Shown here: positions 16,650-27,208 of the stretch, in pieces
Numbering within the stretch: position 1 is the first letter of the stretch
How the letters are laid out: every line of letters begins with the position of its first letter
NCBI GenBank assembly: GCA_035308185.1
Contig: DATGHG010000186.1
Location: 1-60,622, forward strand
Length of the DNA: 60,622 nucleotides
Direction of reading: 5' to 3'
Source: Thermoanaerobaculia bacterium
GTDB lineage: Bacteria; Acidobacteriota; Thermoanaerobaculia; Multivoradales; UBA5704
The notes under the pieces: generated by a model
The model's input: the letters and a program-made list of their open reading frames with translations, nothing else
Told to the model about the DNA's origin: nothing
Database searches by the model: none
Made by a program: the position numbers and the translations under genes

Positions 16650-19004
16650 TTGCCAGTGAACGACAGTCCGCGCCTGACCCTGGTCGTCGCCTCCTGCCTG
16701 CTCTGTGTCCCGCTGCTGCTGGGCTCCGCCCAGCAGGCCCTGCCCGACGGCGGCTCGGCCGGCGACATCCCTGCCATTTCGGCCGGCGCCGGCCAGACGT
16801 TCCGTGCCGCCGCCGCGGCGATGCGCCGGCACGACTGCGCCGCCGCCCTGGCGGAGCTGGCGCCGCTGGCCGCGGGCGGCGGCAGCGCCGGCGACTCGCG
16901 CGCTGCGGGCGGCGCGGGTGCCGCGAGCGGCCCTGCCGGCGCCGGTGGGTCCGACAAGACGCTGGCAGGCCTCGTCTCGGGCCTCTACGCCCAGGCCTGC
17001 GGGCAGGTGCCGCTCGCCGAGGAGCGCCTGTTCAGCGCGCGCAGCCCCAATGGCATGCTCGAGGATTGGCGCCTCCTCCTGCTCGGCGACAGCGCCCATG
17101 CCCGCGGCCACGTGCTGGTCGCCAAGGCGGCGCTCGCCAAGCTGCTGGGCGACTACCCTGCCTCGCCGCTGCGCCCGCGGGCGCTGGTCAGGGCGGCGGC
17201 GCTCGATTGGGAGCGGGCCGACGCCGACGGCGCCATCGCCCTGGTGCGGCGGGCCCGGCGCGAAGGCCTGCGCGGCGAGGACCGGACCAGTCTGGACGCG
17301 CTGGCCTGGGACATCGGCACCCGCCGCGGCGACGCCGCCATCCGCACCGAGGCGGCCCGCGAGCTGCTGGTCTCCTCGCCGCTGGTGGCCGCGCAGCTCG
17401 GCGTCGCGGAGGTGTTCCGGCGCGCCGACGGCACGCTTTCCCTGGCCAGCGCGCTCAGCGCCGCGCAGCTCAAGCAGCGGGCGCAGGCGCTGCTCGCGCT
17501 GCAACTCGAGCCGAGCGCCCTGGCAACGCTCGACGAGATGCCGCCCGGCGACCGCGACCTGCAATGGGTGCTGCTCAAGGCCGAGGTGCTCACCCGCGCC
17601 CATCGCGGTGGTGACGCGCTGGCGCTGCTGCGCCCGCTGCAGACCACCGCCGGCGACCGCGACCAGGGAACGCCCGAGCGCGCCCGGCGGGAGATGCAGC
17701 CGCTGTTCAAGGCCCGCTCGATGGCGGCGCTCGAATGGGCGCTGGCGCAAGCTGCCGACGACCTGGCGGCGGCGCAGCACGGACGCTCGGCGCGCGTCCA
17801 GGCGGAGCGCCGGAAGCTGCGGCTGGCGGCCCGCCTGCACCTGCGCAGCGTCGCCGAGATCGACGCCGATCCCGAGCTGTCGATCCGCGCCCTGCGCGCC
17901 CTCTACGCGCACCTGATCGAGGAGGATCTCTTCGCGCCGGCGGTGGAGGCCTTGCACCGGCTGCGCGCGCTCGACCCCAAGGACCTGACCGGCGCCAACC
18001 TGCTCTGGGCGCGCGGTTGGCAGGACTTCAGCCGCCGCGACTACCGCGGCGCGATCGGCTACTGGACCCAGCTCGACAGCCTCTACCCGGCCGACAGCTC
18101 CGGGCGCCGCGCCCGCTACTGGACCGCCCGCTGCCGCGAGGAGTTGGGAGAGCGCGAGCGCGCCCAGCAGCTCTACTCCGAGGTGGCGGCGGCCGATACC
18201 AGCGATTTCTATCGCCGCAACGCCCTGGCCCGCCTGGCGCGCTTCAAGGCGGCGGCGCCCGCCGCGGAGGCGCGCTCGGCCGAGCCGTGGCCCTACGACG
18301 CGGTGCTGGTGCGGGCGCAGCTGCTGACCGATCTCGGGCTCGACGCTCTGGCGCAATCGGAGCTCGACCTGGTGCGCGATCGCTCCACGCCGCGCTCGGT
18401 GTCGGCGCTGCAGGCGGTGATCCTGGCGCGCCGCGGCGACCGCCGCCAGAGCGTGCTGGCGATCCGCGAGGCCTTTCCGGCGCTCGGCGGGCCGTTCCAG
18501 GCGGCGGTGCCCGAGGAGGCCCTCAAGCTCTACTACCCGCTCGACTACGAGCAGCCGATCCGCGCTTCGGCGGTGGCCAACGGCCTGGCGCCGGCGCTGG
18601 TGTTCGGCGTCATCCGCCAGGAGAGCGCCTTCGACGCCAACGCCCTGAGCCGGGCAGGCGCCAGCGGTCTGATGCAGCTGATGCCGGGCACCGCCCGCGA
18701 GCTGGCGCGGGGCCTCGGCCTCACCTGGTCGCGCGAGCGGCTGATCGATCCGGCCTGGAACGTCCAGATCGGCGCCTCCTACCTGCGCCAGGTGCTGGCG
18801 ATGTTCGACGGCAACGTCGAGCTGGCGCTGGCCGCCTACAATGGCGGCCCCTATCGCATCAAGCGCCTGTGGCGCGAGGCCCGGACCAGCGATCTCGATC
18901 GCTTCGTCGAGGGCCTGTCGATCGAGGAGTCGAAGGTCTACGTGAAACGCATCCTGGTGCTCTCCGACAGCTACCGCCGGCTGTACCCTCATGCCGCCGG
19001 ATGA
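16650..19004 (+). CDS. Soluble lytic murein transglycosylase (Slt70-like)
   Basis: The superhelical N-terminal region is followed by the SLT catalytic motif GVIRQESAFDANALSRAGASGLMQLMPGTA...AYNGGP. The start is TTG 16650 or GTG 16656, ahead of the signal peptide PRLTLVVASCLLCVPLLLGSAQQ. Confidence 0.9.
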   Translation: MPVNDSPRLTLVVASCLLCVPLLLGSAQQALPDGGSAGDIPAISAGAGQTFRAAAAAMRRHDCAAALAELAPLAAGGGSAGDSRAAGGAGAASGPAGAGGSDKTLAGLVSGLYAQACGQVPLAEERLFSARSPNGMLEDWRLLLLGDSAHARGHVLVAKAALAKLLGDYPASPLRPRALVRAAALDWERADADGAIALVRRARREGLRGEDRTSLDALAWDIGTRRGDAAIRTEAARELLVSSPLVAAQLGVAEVFRRADGTLSLASALSAAQLKQRAQALLALQLEPSALATLDEMPPGDRDLQWVLLKAEVLTRAHRGGDALALLRPLQTTAGDRDQGTPERARREMQPLFKARSMAALEWALAQAADDLAAAQHGRSARVQAERRKLRLAARLHLRSVAEIDADPELSIRALRALYAHLIEEDLFAPAVEALHRLRALDPKDLTGANLLWARGWQDFSRRDYRGAIGYWTQLDSLYPADSSGRRARYWTARCREELGERERAQQLYSEVAAADTSDFYRRNALARLARFKAAAPAAEARSAEPWPYDAVLVRAQLLTDLGLDALAQSELDLVRDRSTPRSVSALQAVILARRGDRRQSVLAIREAFPALGGPFQAAVPEEALKLYYPLDYEQPIRASAVANGLAPALVFGVIRQESAFDANALSRAGASGLMQLMPGTARELARGLGLTWSRERLIDPAWNVQIGASYLRQVLAMFDGNVELALAAYNGGPYRIKRLWREARTSDLDRFVEGLSIEESKVYVKRILVLSDSYRRLYPHAAG

Positions 19005-19115
19005 CGGGCCGCGGCGCGCGCGTCGCCGCCGGAGGCTCCGCCGCTGGCCGCGACCGGACGACTGCCGATAACCGCTCCACGATGGGCGCGATGGGCGCCG
19101 GCCCTGCTGCCGGCG

Positions 19116-20522
19116 GTGCCCGCCCTGCTGCCGCTGGTCATCGCGCTCGCCGGCTGCGGCCCGGCGCGGCCGGCCGTCCCCGGCGGCCCGGTGGTCCTGA
19201 TCACGCTCGAGGCGCTGCGCGCCGACATGGTCAGCGGTCTCGGCGGCGAGCCCGGCCTGACCCCCAACCTGGCGGCGCTGACCGGCGAGGCCGACTGGGC
19301 GGGGCGGGCGATCGCCTCGTCGAGCTGGGGCGTGCCCGCCATGGCGACGCTGTTCACCGGCCTGACGCCCTGGCAGCACCACGCGGTGCTGGAAGGCGAC
19401 AACGCGCACCTGGCTCAGGACCTCATCACCCTGCCGAAGGCCTTCAAGGCGCTCGGCTACCACACCGCCGGCTTCACCAGCGGCCGCTGGTGCACCGCCG
19501 CCAACGGCTATGACCGCGGCTTCGACAGCTTCGACGAGGTGGGGCGGATCCGCGATGCCGCCGAGTACCTGGCCGGGCTCGAGGACGGCAAGGAGCTGGT
19601 CTGGGTGCACCTGCTGGAACCGCAGGCGCCCTACGTGCGCCGCGATTGGCTGCTGCCCCGCCGTCTGGGGACCGGCCGGCCCCTGGTCGCCTCCGACCTG
19701 CCGGCGATCGTCGAGGCGGCCGACCTGGTCACGGCCTCCAATCCTGACCTCCCGCCGCCGGCGGCCATGCGCCGGCGTCTTGGCTCGATGTACCGGCTCA
19801 ACGTGGTTTGGGCCGACGAGAAGATCGGGCGGCTGCTCGACGCGCTCCGCGCCAGCGGTCAGTGGGAGCGCGCCCTGGTGGTGGTGACCTCGGCCTATGG
19901 CGAGGAGATCGGCGAGCGCGGCATCTTCGGGCACGGCGCCGACCTCGAGCGCGAGAGCATCGAGGTGCCGCTGATCGTGAAGCTGCCGAGCTGGTGTCGC
20001 CGCCCGCTGGCGCCGCCCGCGCGGCAGCGGGTCGCGCTGGCGCGGCTGTGGGCCACCCTGGTCGAGGCCGCCGGCGGCGCGGCGCCGCCGGCGCCGGCGC
20101 CCAGCCTGTTCCGCGCCGCGCCGGCGGACGTCCTGTCCGAGCTCTACCTCGGCAACGGCACCAACCTCTTCTCGCTGGTCGCGGGGGACGACCAGCTGCT
20201 CTGGCGGTCGCGGTTCGCTCCGAGCGAGCCGCGCCGGCCGGACGATCTCGGCGTCATCTCCGGCCGGCTGTTCGACGGCTTCGCGGTGACGCCGCCGCTC
20301 ACCGGGCTTGGACCGCCGGACCTGGCGCTGGCGCGCTGGGAGGCCGGCGGCGGCAGCCGCCGCTTCGTCGACCCGCCGCGGGCGGCGGCGCTGGCCGGCC
20401 GTCTGGCCGCCCGCTGGGGCGATTTCATCGCCGAGGAGCTGGCTCCGGAGGAGGAGGATCGAGAGTGGCTCGACCAGCTGCCGCCGCCGGCGCCGCCGGC
20501 GGCCGGCCCCGGAGGCCCGTGA
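19116..20522 (+). CDS. Sulfatase-like hydrolase (lipoprotein)
   Basis: The lipobox is LVIALAGC. VVLITLEALRADMVSGLGG and VVVTSAYGEEIGERGIFGHG are sulfatase/alkaline-phosphatase superfamily motifs. Confidence 0.85.
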   Translation: MPALLPLVIALAGCGPARPAVPGGPVVLITLEALRADMVSGLGGEPGLTPNLAALTGEADWAGRAIASSSWGVPAMATLFTGLTPWQHHAVLEGDNAHLAQDLITLPKAFKALGYHTAGFTSGRWCTAANGYDRGFDSFDEVGRIRDAAEYLAGLEDGKELVWVHLLEPQAPYVRRDWLLPRRLGTGRPLVASDLPAIVEAADLVTASNPDLPPPAAMRRRLGSMYRLNVVWADEKIGRLLDALRASGQWERALVVVTSAYGEEIGERGIFGHGADLERESIEVPLIVKLPSWCRRPLAPPARQRVALARLWATLVEAAGGAAPPAPAPSLFRAAPADVLSELYLGNGTNLFSLVAGDDQLLWRSRFAPSEPRRPDDLGVISGRLFDGFAVTPPLTGLGPPDLALARWEAGGGSRRFVDPPRAAALAGRLAARWGDFIAEELAPEEEDREWLDQLPPPAPPAAGPGGP

Positions 20523-20581
20523 GACTCGTCGCCGGCGGAATTCCCGGTGGTATACTCATGCGCCCGCGCCAGGGCACTTCC

Positions 20582-20654
20582 GGGTCCATAGCTCAGCGGT
20601 TAGAGCGTCCGGCTCATAACCGGCAGGTCCCTGGTTCGAATCCAGGTGGACCCA
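20582..20654 (+). tRNA. tRNA-Met (anticodon CAT), elongator type; could be the Ile2 lysidine type
   Basis: Cloverleaf folded by hand. The acceptor stem is GGGTCCA/TGGACCC, the T arm is CCTGG-TTCGAAT-CCAGG and the anticodon loop is CTCATAA. G1:C72 is paired, so it is not an initiator. No CCA is encoded. Confidence 0.9.
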
Positions 20655-20844
20655 CTGCGAAGCCATGAAGGCGATTTCCTGCCCGCCGCGGAGACCTGCC
20701 AGCGCCCTCGAGGCGCCGGCGACCGCGGGCGTCGCAGGTCGATGAATGCGGGCTGGTCCGCACGCCGTATCGGAGCTCCGAGCCGCGACAGGCCTTGGCG
20801 CTCCGGCCGGTGCCGCGGGCCGGAGAGAGGAGCTGTTTTTGTCG

Positions 20845-21588
20845 ATGAACTCCAACCTGGAAACCGTCGTGGAGCTGCAGCAGGCCATCCTTCAACTGCG
20901 TGAGGCCGAACAGCGGCTGCACGGCATCCCTGACTGGATGCGCGAATTGCACGACGAGCATGCCGCGCGCCAAGCCGAGATCAGCGGCCTCGAGCAGGCG
21001 CTCGAGGAGGCGGCGCGGGAGCGGCGCACGGCCGAGATGGCGGTGGCCGACGCGCAGGAGAAGCTCAAGAAGTACCAGCAGCAGATCAACCGCGTCAGCA
21101 CCCAGCGGGAATACGGCGCGCTGCTGCAGGAGATCGACACCACCAAGGCGGCGATCGCGGGCTACGAGGAGCAGGCGTTCACCTCGCTCGAGCAGCACGA
21201 CCAGCAGCAGAAGGAGCTGCAGGACAAGCGGGACGGCTTTCGCGAGCTGGCCGAGCGCTATGCCGTCGAGCTGGCGCGATGGGAAAGCGAGAAGCCGGCC
21301 ATCGCCCATCAGGTCGGCGCGCTGGGCGCCCAGATCGCGGGCCTGCGGGCCAAGCTGCCTCGCCAGGTGCTGGCGCAGTTCGAGCGCATCCTGGAGCGCA
21401 ATCCGGCCGGCGCCCTGGCGCCGGTGCGCCTCATCGAGGGGCCCCGCCGCGGCCCGCGCGAATGGCACTGCGGCGTCTGCAACTACCGCGTCAGGCCCCA
21501 GGTGGTGGTCGAGATCGGCAACGGCGAGAGCCTGGTGCAATGCGACAGCTGCAAGCGCGTCCTCTACCTCCAGGAGGTGCCGGCCTGA
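20845..21588 (+). CDS. Coiled-coil protein with a C-terminal C4 zinc ribbon (COG1579-type)
   Basis: MNSNLETVVELQQAILQLREAEQRL... is a long coiled coil, ending in CGVCNYRV...QCDSCKRVLY. Confidence 0.85.
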   Translation: MNSNLETVVELQQAILQLREAEQRLHGIPDWMRELHDEHAARQAEISGLEQALEEAARERRTAEMAVADAQEKLKKYQQQINRVSTQREYGALLQEIDTTKAAIAGYEEQAFTSLEQHDQQQKELQDKRDGFRELAERYAVELARWESEKPAIAHQVGALGAQIAGLRAKLPRQVLAQFERILERNPAGALAPVRLIEGPRRGPREWHCGVCNYRVRPQVVVEIGNGESLVQCDSCKRVLYLQEVPA

Positions 21589-21625
21589 TCGCCGGCGCTC
21601 CTCCCGCCCGCCGCGCGAGACGGCC

Positions 21626-22363
21626 GTGAGCCCGCCCGCGCCCGCCGTCCCGGGCGCTCCCGGCGAGCGCCTGGCGGCCATCCGGCGCCGCATCGCCGCC
21701 GCTTGCGACCGCTCCGGCCGCGACCCCGCGACGGTGACCCTGGTCGGGGCGAGCAAGACCCAACCGGCGGCGACGGTGGCATCGTTCGTCGCCGCCGGGT
21801 TGGCGGTGCTGGGGGAGAACCGGGTGCAGGAGGCTCAGGCCAAGCGGCGGGAGCTGGCCGAGATGCAGCGCCTGCCGCCCGGCGGGTGGCATCTGATCGG
21901 ACCGTTGCAGACCAACAAGGCGCGCCTCGCGCTCGAGCTCTTCGCCTGCGTCCACTCGCTCGACCGGCCGGCGATCGCCGCCGCCCTCGACCGCGAGGCG
22001 GCGAAGCGGGGCGCGATGCTCGATGCTTTCATCGAGGTGAACCTCGGCGACGAGCCGAGCAAGCACGGTTTCCCGCCCACCGGGCTGGCGGCCGCGGTCG
22101 CGCCGCTGGCGGCGCTCGGCAACCTGCGCATCGGCGGCCTGATGGCCATCCCGCCGTTTGCCGCCGCCACCGACCGCGAGGCGTCGCGGCGGTGGTTCCG
22201 GCGCCTGCGCGAGCTGCGCGACGACCTCGGCGCGCGGCGCGAATGGGCGGGCTGGCCGGGCTGGCTGTCGATGGGGATGAGCGACGACTTCGAGGTGGCG
22301 ATCGAGGAGGGGGCGACCCACGTGCGCATCGGCACGGCGCTGTTCGGGCCCCGGCAGGCCTGA
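21626..22363 (+). CDS. yggS: YggS-family pyridoxal-phosphate homeostasis protein
   Basis: GASKTQ, GENRVQE, WHLIGPLQTNK, HSLDR and SMGMSDDFEVAIEEGATHVRIGTALFG. GTG start at 21626. Confidence 0.9.
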   Translation: MSPPAPAVPGAPGERLAAIRRRIAAACDRSGRDPATVTLVGASKTQPAATVASFVAAGLAVLGENRVQEAQAKRRELAEMQRLPPGGWHLIGPLQTNKARLALELFACVHSLDRPAIAAALDREAAKRGAMLDAFIEVNLGDEPSKHGFPPTGLAAAVAPLAALGNLRIGGLMAIPPFAAATDREASRRWFRRLRELRDDLGARREWAGWPGWLSMGMSDDFEVAIEEGATHVRIGTALFGPRQA

Positions 22364-22499
22364 GCGGGTGGCGCCCGGGTCCCCGCGTTGGCTCCGCGGT
22401 CGCCCTGGCCATCGGGAAAATCTTTATCCATGCTAAGATAGCTATCCTTTTCTAGACGGGCCCGGACGGCGGCGGCGCTCTGCCGGCGGGCGGAGGAGG

Positions 22500-23006
22500 T
22501 TGGCGATGGCGCTCACGCCGCTCGAGATCCAGAAGATGCGTTTCCCGCGGCGGCTGCGCGGCTGCGACGCCGCCGAGGTGGAGAGCTTCCTGGCGCTGGT
22601 CGCCGAGGAGCTGGCGGCGCGGCTGGCGCAGGTCGAGAAGCTCGAGCGGGAGAACCGCTACTACCACCAGCGGCTCGAGGAGACCGAGAACCGCGAGCAC
22701 CAGCTGCAACAGACGCTGCTGCGGGCGCAGAAGGTGTCGGACGAGATCACCGCCAACGCCAAGCGCGAGGGCGAGCTGACCGTCAAGGAGGCCGAGCAGG
22801 CCGCCGACCGCATCGTCCAGCAGGCCATCGACCAGTCGTCGCGCATCGAGTCCAAGATCAACGAGCTGCGCACGCTGCGTCGCGAGCTACAGGTCAAGTT
22901 CAAGAACAACCTCGATCTCTTCCAGCGCATCCTCGAAGCGGAGATGGAGGACGAGCGCAACACCGCCACCGTCCTCACCCTGCCGCGCAAGCGGCGGGAA
23001 GCTTGA
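22500..23006 (+). CDS. divIVA: DivIVA-domain protein
   Basis: LTPLEIQKMRFPRRLRGCDAAEVESFL followed by a coiled coil. It lies downstream of yggS, as in many dcw-adjacent loci. Confidence 0.85.
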   Translation: MAMALTPLEIQKMRFPRRLRGCDAAEVESFLALVAEELAARLAQVEKLERENRYYHQRLEETENREHQLQQTLLRAQKVSDEITANAKREGELTVKEAEQAADRIVQQAIDQSSRIESKINELRTLRRELQVKFKNNLDLFQRILEAEMEDERNTATVLTLPRKRREA

Positions 23007-23055
23007 GCGCCGGCAGCGGCCGGGCGGGCGCGACGTCCCGACGCGGGCGGCAGCC

Positions 23056-24306
23056 ATGCCCGAGCTGCTGATCCACGGTCTGGGCGAGCTGGCCACGCCG
23101 CTCGGCTCGTCGCCGCGGCGCGGCCCCGAGCAGCGCCGAGTGCTGCGGCTCCGCGATGCCGAGGTGCTCTGCCGCGACGGCCGGATCGCCTTCGCCGGCA
23201 CCGCGGACGAGCGCCGGCGCCAGCTCGGCGAGCTGCCCGGCGTCGAGCGCCTGGATGGCCGCGGCGGCACCCTGGTGCCGGGCTTCGTGGATCCCCACAC
23301 GCATCTGCCGTGGGCCGGGAGCCGCGAGGAGGAGTTCGCCGCCCGGCTGGCAGGCAAGACCTACCAGGAGATCGCTGCCGGCGGCGGCGGCATCCTGTCG
23401 ACCGTCGCCGCCACCCGGGAGGCCAGCGAAGACGACCTGGCCGCCGCCGTCGGCCGGCGCCTCGACCTGATGCTCGCCTGGGGCACCACCACCGCCGAGG
23501 CGAAGAGCGGCTACGGGCTCTCCCTGGACGGCGAGCTCAAGCAGCTGCGCGCCATCCGCCGGGCCGCCGCGAGCCATGCCGTGGACCTGGTGCCCACGCT
23601 GCTGGCGGCGCACGAAGTGCCGCCCGAGTCCCGTCACGACCGTGGCCGTTTTCTCGACCTGGTCTGCGGCGAGATCATCCCGGCCGCCGCCGAGGCCGGC
23701 CTCGCCCGCTTCTGCGACGTCTTCTGCGAGCACGGCGTCTTCGACGCCGCCGAATCGCGGCGCGTGCTGGCGGCCGGGGTCCGGCACGGGCTGGCGCCGC
23801 GTCTCCATGCCGACGAGTTCGTGGACTCGGGAGGCGCCGAGCTGGCGGCCGAGCTCGGCGCGCTGTCGGCGGATCACCTGATCGCGGTCTCGGATACCGG
23901 CATCGCGGCGCTGGCCGCCGCCGGCGTCACCGCGGTGCTGCTGCCCGGCACCAGCTTCTTCCTGATGCAGCACCGCTATGCGCCGGCTCGCCGGCTGATC
24001 GCGGCGGGAGTGCCGGTGGCCCTCGCCACCGACTGCAACCCCGGCTCCTCGCACACCGAGTCGATGCCGATGGTGGTGGTGCTGGCGGTCTTCGAGCTCG
24101 GCCTCTCGGTCGAGGAGAGCCTCACCGCCGCCACCCTCAATGCCGCCTGCTGCCTCGGCCTCGGCGCCGAGATCGGCTCGATCGAGGCGGGCAAGCGCGC
24201 CGACCTGGTGCTGCTAGGCCTGCCGAACCTGCTGCATCTGGCCTACCACTACGGCATCAATCCGGTGGCGGCGGTGATCAAGGGCGGTAAGCCGGTGCTG
24301 GCGTAG
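23056..24306 (+). CDS. hutI: Imidazolonepropionase
   Basis: [51 protein letters not shown] and ATDCNPGS. Confidence 0.9.
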   Translation: MPELLIHGLGELATPLGSSPRRGPEQRRVLRLRDAEVLCRDGRIAFAGTADERRRQLGELPGVERLDGRGGTLVPGFVDPHTHLPWAGSREEEFAARLAGKTYQEIAAGGGGILSTVAATREASEDDLAAAVGRRLDLMLAWGTTTAEAKSGYGLSLDGELKQLRAIRRAAASHAVDLVPTLLAAHEVPPESRHDRGRFLDLVCGEIIPAAAEAGLARFCDVFCEHGVFDAAESRRVLAAGVRHGLAPRLHADEFVDSGGAELAAELGALSADHLIAVSDTGIAALAAAGVTAVLLPGTSFFLMQHRYAPARRLIAAGVPVALATDCNPGSSHTESMPMVVVLAVFELGLSVEESLTAATLNAACCLGLGAEIGSIEAGKRADLVLLGLPNLLHLAYHYGINPVAAVIKGGKPVLA

Positions 24307-24343
24307 AATCGCGCTTCACAGTCCACGCAAAGGAGATCGGCTC

Positions 24344-24826
24344 ATGCACCCATCGCTCATTGCGCGCGTCCTTACGGCGCTCCTGCTGCTGATCCTGGGA
24401 GGGCCGGCCGGGTCGGGCGGGTTGTCGGCAACCGCGGTCGAAAACAAGGAAGGCAAAGCCATGGAACCCAGCAAAGACACCGCCAAGGAAATCGTCACCC
24501 CCACCGGGCTCAAGTACGTGGACCAGAAGATCGGCGCCGGCCCCGAGGCCAAGGCCGGCGACGCGGTGCAGGTGCATTACACCGGTTGGTTGCTGGACGG
24601 CACCAAGTTCGACTCCAGCCGCGACCGCAACCAGCCTTTCCGCTTCAAGCTCGGCGCCGGCCAGGTGATCAAGGGCTGGGACGAGGGCGTCGCCGGCATG
24701 AAGGTCGGCGGCAAGCGCAGGCTGACCATCCCCTCGGAGCTGGGCTACGGCCGCCAGGGAGCCGGCGGCGTGATCCCGCCCGGCGCCACCCTGGTCTTCG
24801 AGGTCGAGCTGCTCGGGATCGGGTAG
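24344..24826 (+). CDS. FKBP-type peptidyl-prolyl cis-trans isomerase, secreted
   Basis: [60 protein letters not shown], with a signal peptide. Confidence 0.95.
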   Translation: MHPSLIARVLTALLLLILGGPAGSGGLSATAVENKEGKAMEPSKDTAKEIVTPTGLKYVDQKIGAGPEAKAGDAVQVHYTGWLLDGTKFDSSRDRNQPFRFKLGAGQVIKGWDEGVAGMKVGGKRRLTIPSELGYGRQGAGGVIPPGATLVFEVELLGIG

Positions 24827-24839
24827 AACTGCCGGTTCG

Positions 24840-25535
24840 CTATTCGCGCACCAGCGCCCTGGCGGCCAGCTCGAGCACGCGCTCGCCTTCGAGCAGGCGC
24901 GTGTGGCGGCGCGGCTCCGCGAGGAACACCAGGGTCGCGTCGGTGCCCGCGGTCGCCGGCCCGGCGGCGAGCATCGCCGCCAGCCTCGGGCTGAGCTCGG
25001 CGAGCGGATAGATCCAGGTTTCGACGGCGACCAGCCGGCTGGGCGCCCCGGCCGGCGCGCCGGCGCGTCCCGGCGGCGGCTCCCAGGAAGGGATCTGGCG
25101 CTGGCCGTAGCGCAACACCGTCGGCGAGCCGAGCAGGATCAGGGCGCGGCCGCGGTCGGTGAGGCTGCCGGGCGTGCCGTCGTCGCCATACAGGCGGTCC
25201 GCCGCCGCCGCGCGCTGATGAAAGAGGCGGGCGCATTCGTTGCCGTCGCCGCCGGGATCGGGGTTGCGACGGCGCCAGAACTGATCGAGGAACTCGGCGG
25301 CTTCGAGGTGGGTGCGGATCCGGCGAGCCTGCTGCGCCTCCTCGGGCAGCATCAGCCAGCGCAGGGGGCCGGCGGCGAGCTCGGCGGCAGGAGACGGCGC
25401 CGGCGGCGGCTCGCCGCTACAGGCGCCGAGCACCGCGCACCAGAGCAGGGGCACGGCCCCGACCGCGCGCCAGGGGTGTGCGTTAATGAACGCTGCCCTC
25501 CGCGACCGGCTCCTCGGCCTCCTGGATGGGGCCAA
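24840..25535 (-). CDS. GWxTD-domain protein (lipoprotein-like)
   Basis: FWRRRNPDP...RLYGDDGTPGSLTDRGRALILLGSP is the GWxTD pattern. VLGAC is lipobox-like. The annotated start overlaps the upstream gene by 53 nt, so the true start may be further downstream. Confidence 0.65.
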   Translation of the reverse strand: MAPSRRPRSRSRRAAFINAHPWRAVGAVPLLWCAVLGACSGEPPPAPSPAAELAAGPLRWLMLPEEAQQARRIRTHLEAAEFLDQFWRRRNPDPGGDGNECARLFHQRAAAADRLYGDDGTPGSLTDRGRALILLGSPTVLRYGQRQIPSWEPPPGRAGAPAGAPSRLVAVETWIYPLAELSPRLAAMLAAGPATAGTDATLVFLAEPRRHTRLLEGERVLELAARALVRE

Positions 25536-25764
25536 AGGTCTGCTCGTAGCGCTCGAGGTTGGCGGATAGAGCGCGAATGATGCGCTTGAGGTGACCGGGG
25601 CTGGTGAGGATGCGGGCCGAGACGATGCCCTGGGGGGGCAGCAGGTTGATGAAGTCGAGGATGAACTCCTCGCGGGTATGGGCGATGCGCAGCAGGTTGG
25701 AGTAGCGTCCCCGCAGCTCGTCGTCGCTGATCTTGACGTTGAGTCCGTCGGCGGGCTCGGGCAT
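25483..25764 (-). CDS. DUF3467-family small protein
   Basis: MPEPADGLNVKISDDELRGRYSNLLRIAHTREEFILDFINLLPPQGIVSARILTSPGHLKRIIRAL, 93 aa. The track ORF upstream of this start is shadow sequence. Confidence 0.8.
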   Translation of the reverse strand: MPEPADGLNVKISDDELRGRYSNLLRIAHTREEFILDFINLLPPQGIVSARILTSPGHLKRIIRALSANLERYEQTFGPIQEAEEPVAEGSVH

Positions 25765-25849
25765 GCGCTGCCTCCTCGCTGGGCCTGGTCCGGCTTGATG
25801 GTATCGCAACGGCACGCGGTGGGCGCCGGCGGCCGGCTGCCCGGCTACT

Positions 25850-27208
25850 TCATGGGCGCGGCGGGTCGGCAGGGCCGCCCCAGCGCACGCCGCCCGCGAA
25901 CTCCCACCGGTGCTCGGGAAAGTAGACGCCGGCGCCGCCGGTCGCGGCGGTGACCGTGAAGCCGAGCACCCGCCGGTGGTAGTCGTAGGGCGCGCCGTCG
26001 CGGGCATGGACGGCGACGTCGACCGCATACTCGCCGGGAGCCAGGCGCAAGGCCGGGCAGGTCACCCGCACCACCGCCTCGCCGCTCAGCTGCTCGGGCA
26101 CGAAACCTTCGAGGTCGGTGTTGGTGCCCCAGCACTCGAAGCCACGCGGCGTGTTGATCGCGATGCCGAAGACGAAATCGGCCAGCGGCTGCGCGGCGCG
26201 GGCGTGAATCTCGAAGACGGCGGGCTCGCCGGTTTGCAGGTGGTAACGCTCGCTGCCATCGGCGCCGAGCAGACGCACCGCAGTGACCTCGGCTTGGCGC
26301 GAGCCCCAGCGGCGCGGCTCGTCGCCGGCGCTCGCGTCCGTCTCCTGCTCGCGCTGCTGATTGGCCGCGAGGTGCTCGGCGCCCTCCTGCTCGGCCACCG
26401 CCTGGCGATAGGCGTCGACCACCCGGCGCGGCTCCCCGATCAGGCGCTGGCAGCCGCGGTCGAGCCACAGCACGCGGTCGCACAGCTCGGCCACCAGGTC
26501 GAGCGAGTGGCTGACCAGCAGCAGCGTCCGGCCGGACGCGAGGAACTCTTCGAGGCGCCGGATGCAGCGGTGGGCGAAGGCCTCGTCGCCCACCGCCAGC
26601 ACCTCGTCCACCAGCAGCACGTCGGGCTCGGTGTGGATGGCGACGGCGAACCCCAGCCGCACGTACATGCCGGAGGAGTAGTTCTTGACCGGTTCCTCCA
26701 TGAACTCGCCCAGTCCCGAGAACTCCACGATCTCGCGATAGCGGCGGTCGATCTGGCGGCGCGACAGGCCGAGAACGGCGCCGTTGATGTAGACGTTCTC
26801 CCGGCCGGAGATCTCGGGATGGAAGCCGGCGCCGAGCTCGATCAGCGCCGCCACGCGGCCGTCCACCGCCAGCTCGCCGGTGGTCGGGTGCAGCATGCCG
26901 GCCACCAGCTTGAGCAGCGTCGACTTGCCGGAGCCGTTGCCGCCGATCACGCCGAAGGACTCGCCGCGGGTCACCTCGAAGGTCACTTCCTCGATCGCCG
27001 GGATGGTTGCCTCGCGCGGCAGGTCGCGAGTCCGGGAGCCGCCGACCAGGGCGCTCTTGAGAGTGCGCAGGCGGTCGCCGGGAAGGCTGCGGCGGAAGCG
27101 CTTCGACACCCGGTCGACGCGGATGACCGGCGGCCGGGTGCCGGGAGCCGCGCCGCGGTCTGCGGCGGGCGTCCGGCCGGTCTCGGCGATCGCGGCAGGG
27201 TCGGTCAT
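25850..27208 (-). CDS. wzt: Polysaccharide/O-antigen ABC exporter ATP-binding protein with a Wzt-type C-terminal domain
   Basis: GGNGSGKSTLLK, NYSSGMYVRLGFAVA and LLVDEVLAVGD, plus a C-terminal beta-sandwich-like ~150 aa. ATGA start/stop overlap with wzm at 27205..27208. Confidence 0.9.
   Translation of the reverse strand: MTDPAAIAETGRTPAADRGAAPGTRPPVIRVDRVSKRFRRSLPGDRLRTLKSALVGGSRTRDLPREATIPAIEEVTFEVTRGESFGVIGGNGSGKSTLLKLVAGMLHPTTGELAVDGRVAALIELGAGFHPEISGRENVYINGAVLGLSRRQIDRRYREIVEFSGLGEFMEEPVKNYSSGMYVRLGFAVAIHTEPDVLLVDEVLAVGDEAFAHRCIRRLEEFLASGRTLLLVSHSLDLVAELCDRVLWLDRGCQRLIGEPRRVVDAYRQAVAEQEGAEHLAANQQREQETDASAGDEPRRWGSRQAEVTAVRLLGADGSERYHLQTGEPAVFEIHARAAQPLADFVFGIAINTPRGFECWGTNTDLEGFVPEQLSGEAVVRVTCPALRLAPGEYAVDVAVHARDGAPYDYHRRVLGFTVTAATGGAGVYFPEHRWEFAGGVRWGGPADPPRP

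Noticed and set aside
16584-19934. 1116-aa ORF antisense to slt and the sulfatase-like gene
   Set aside because: It is a shadow ORF spanning two well-supported plus-strand genes. It has no recognisable domains.
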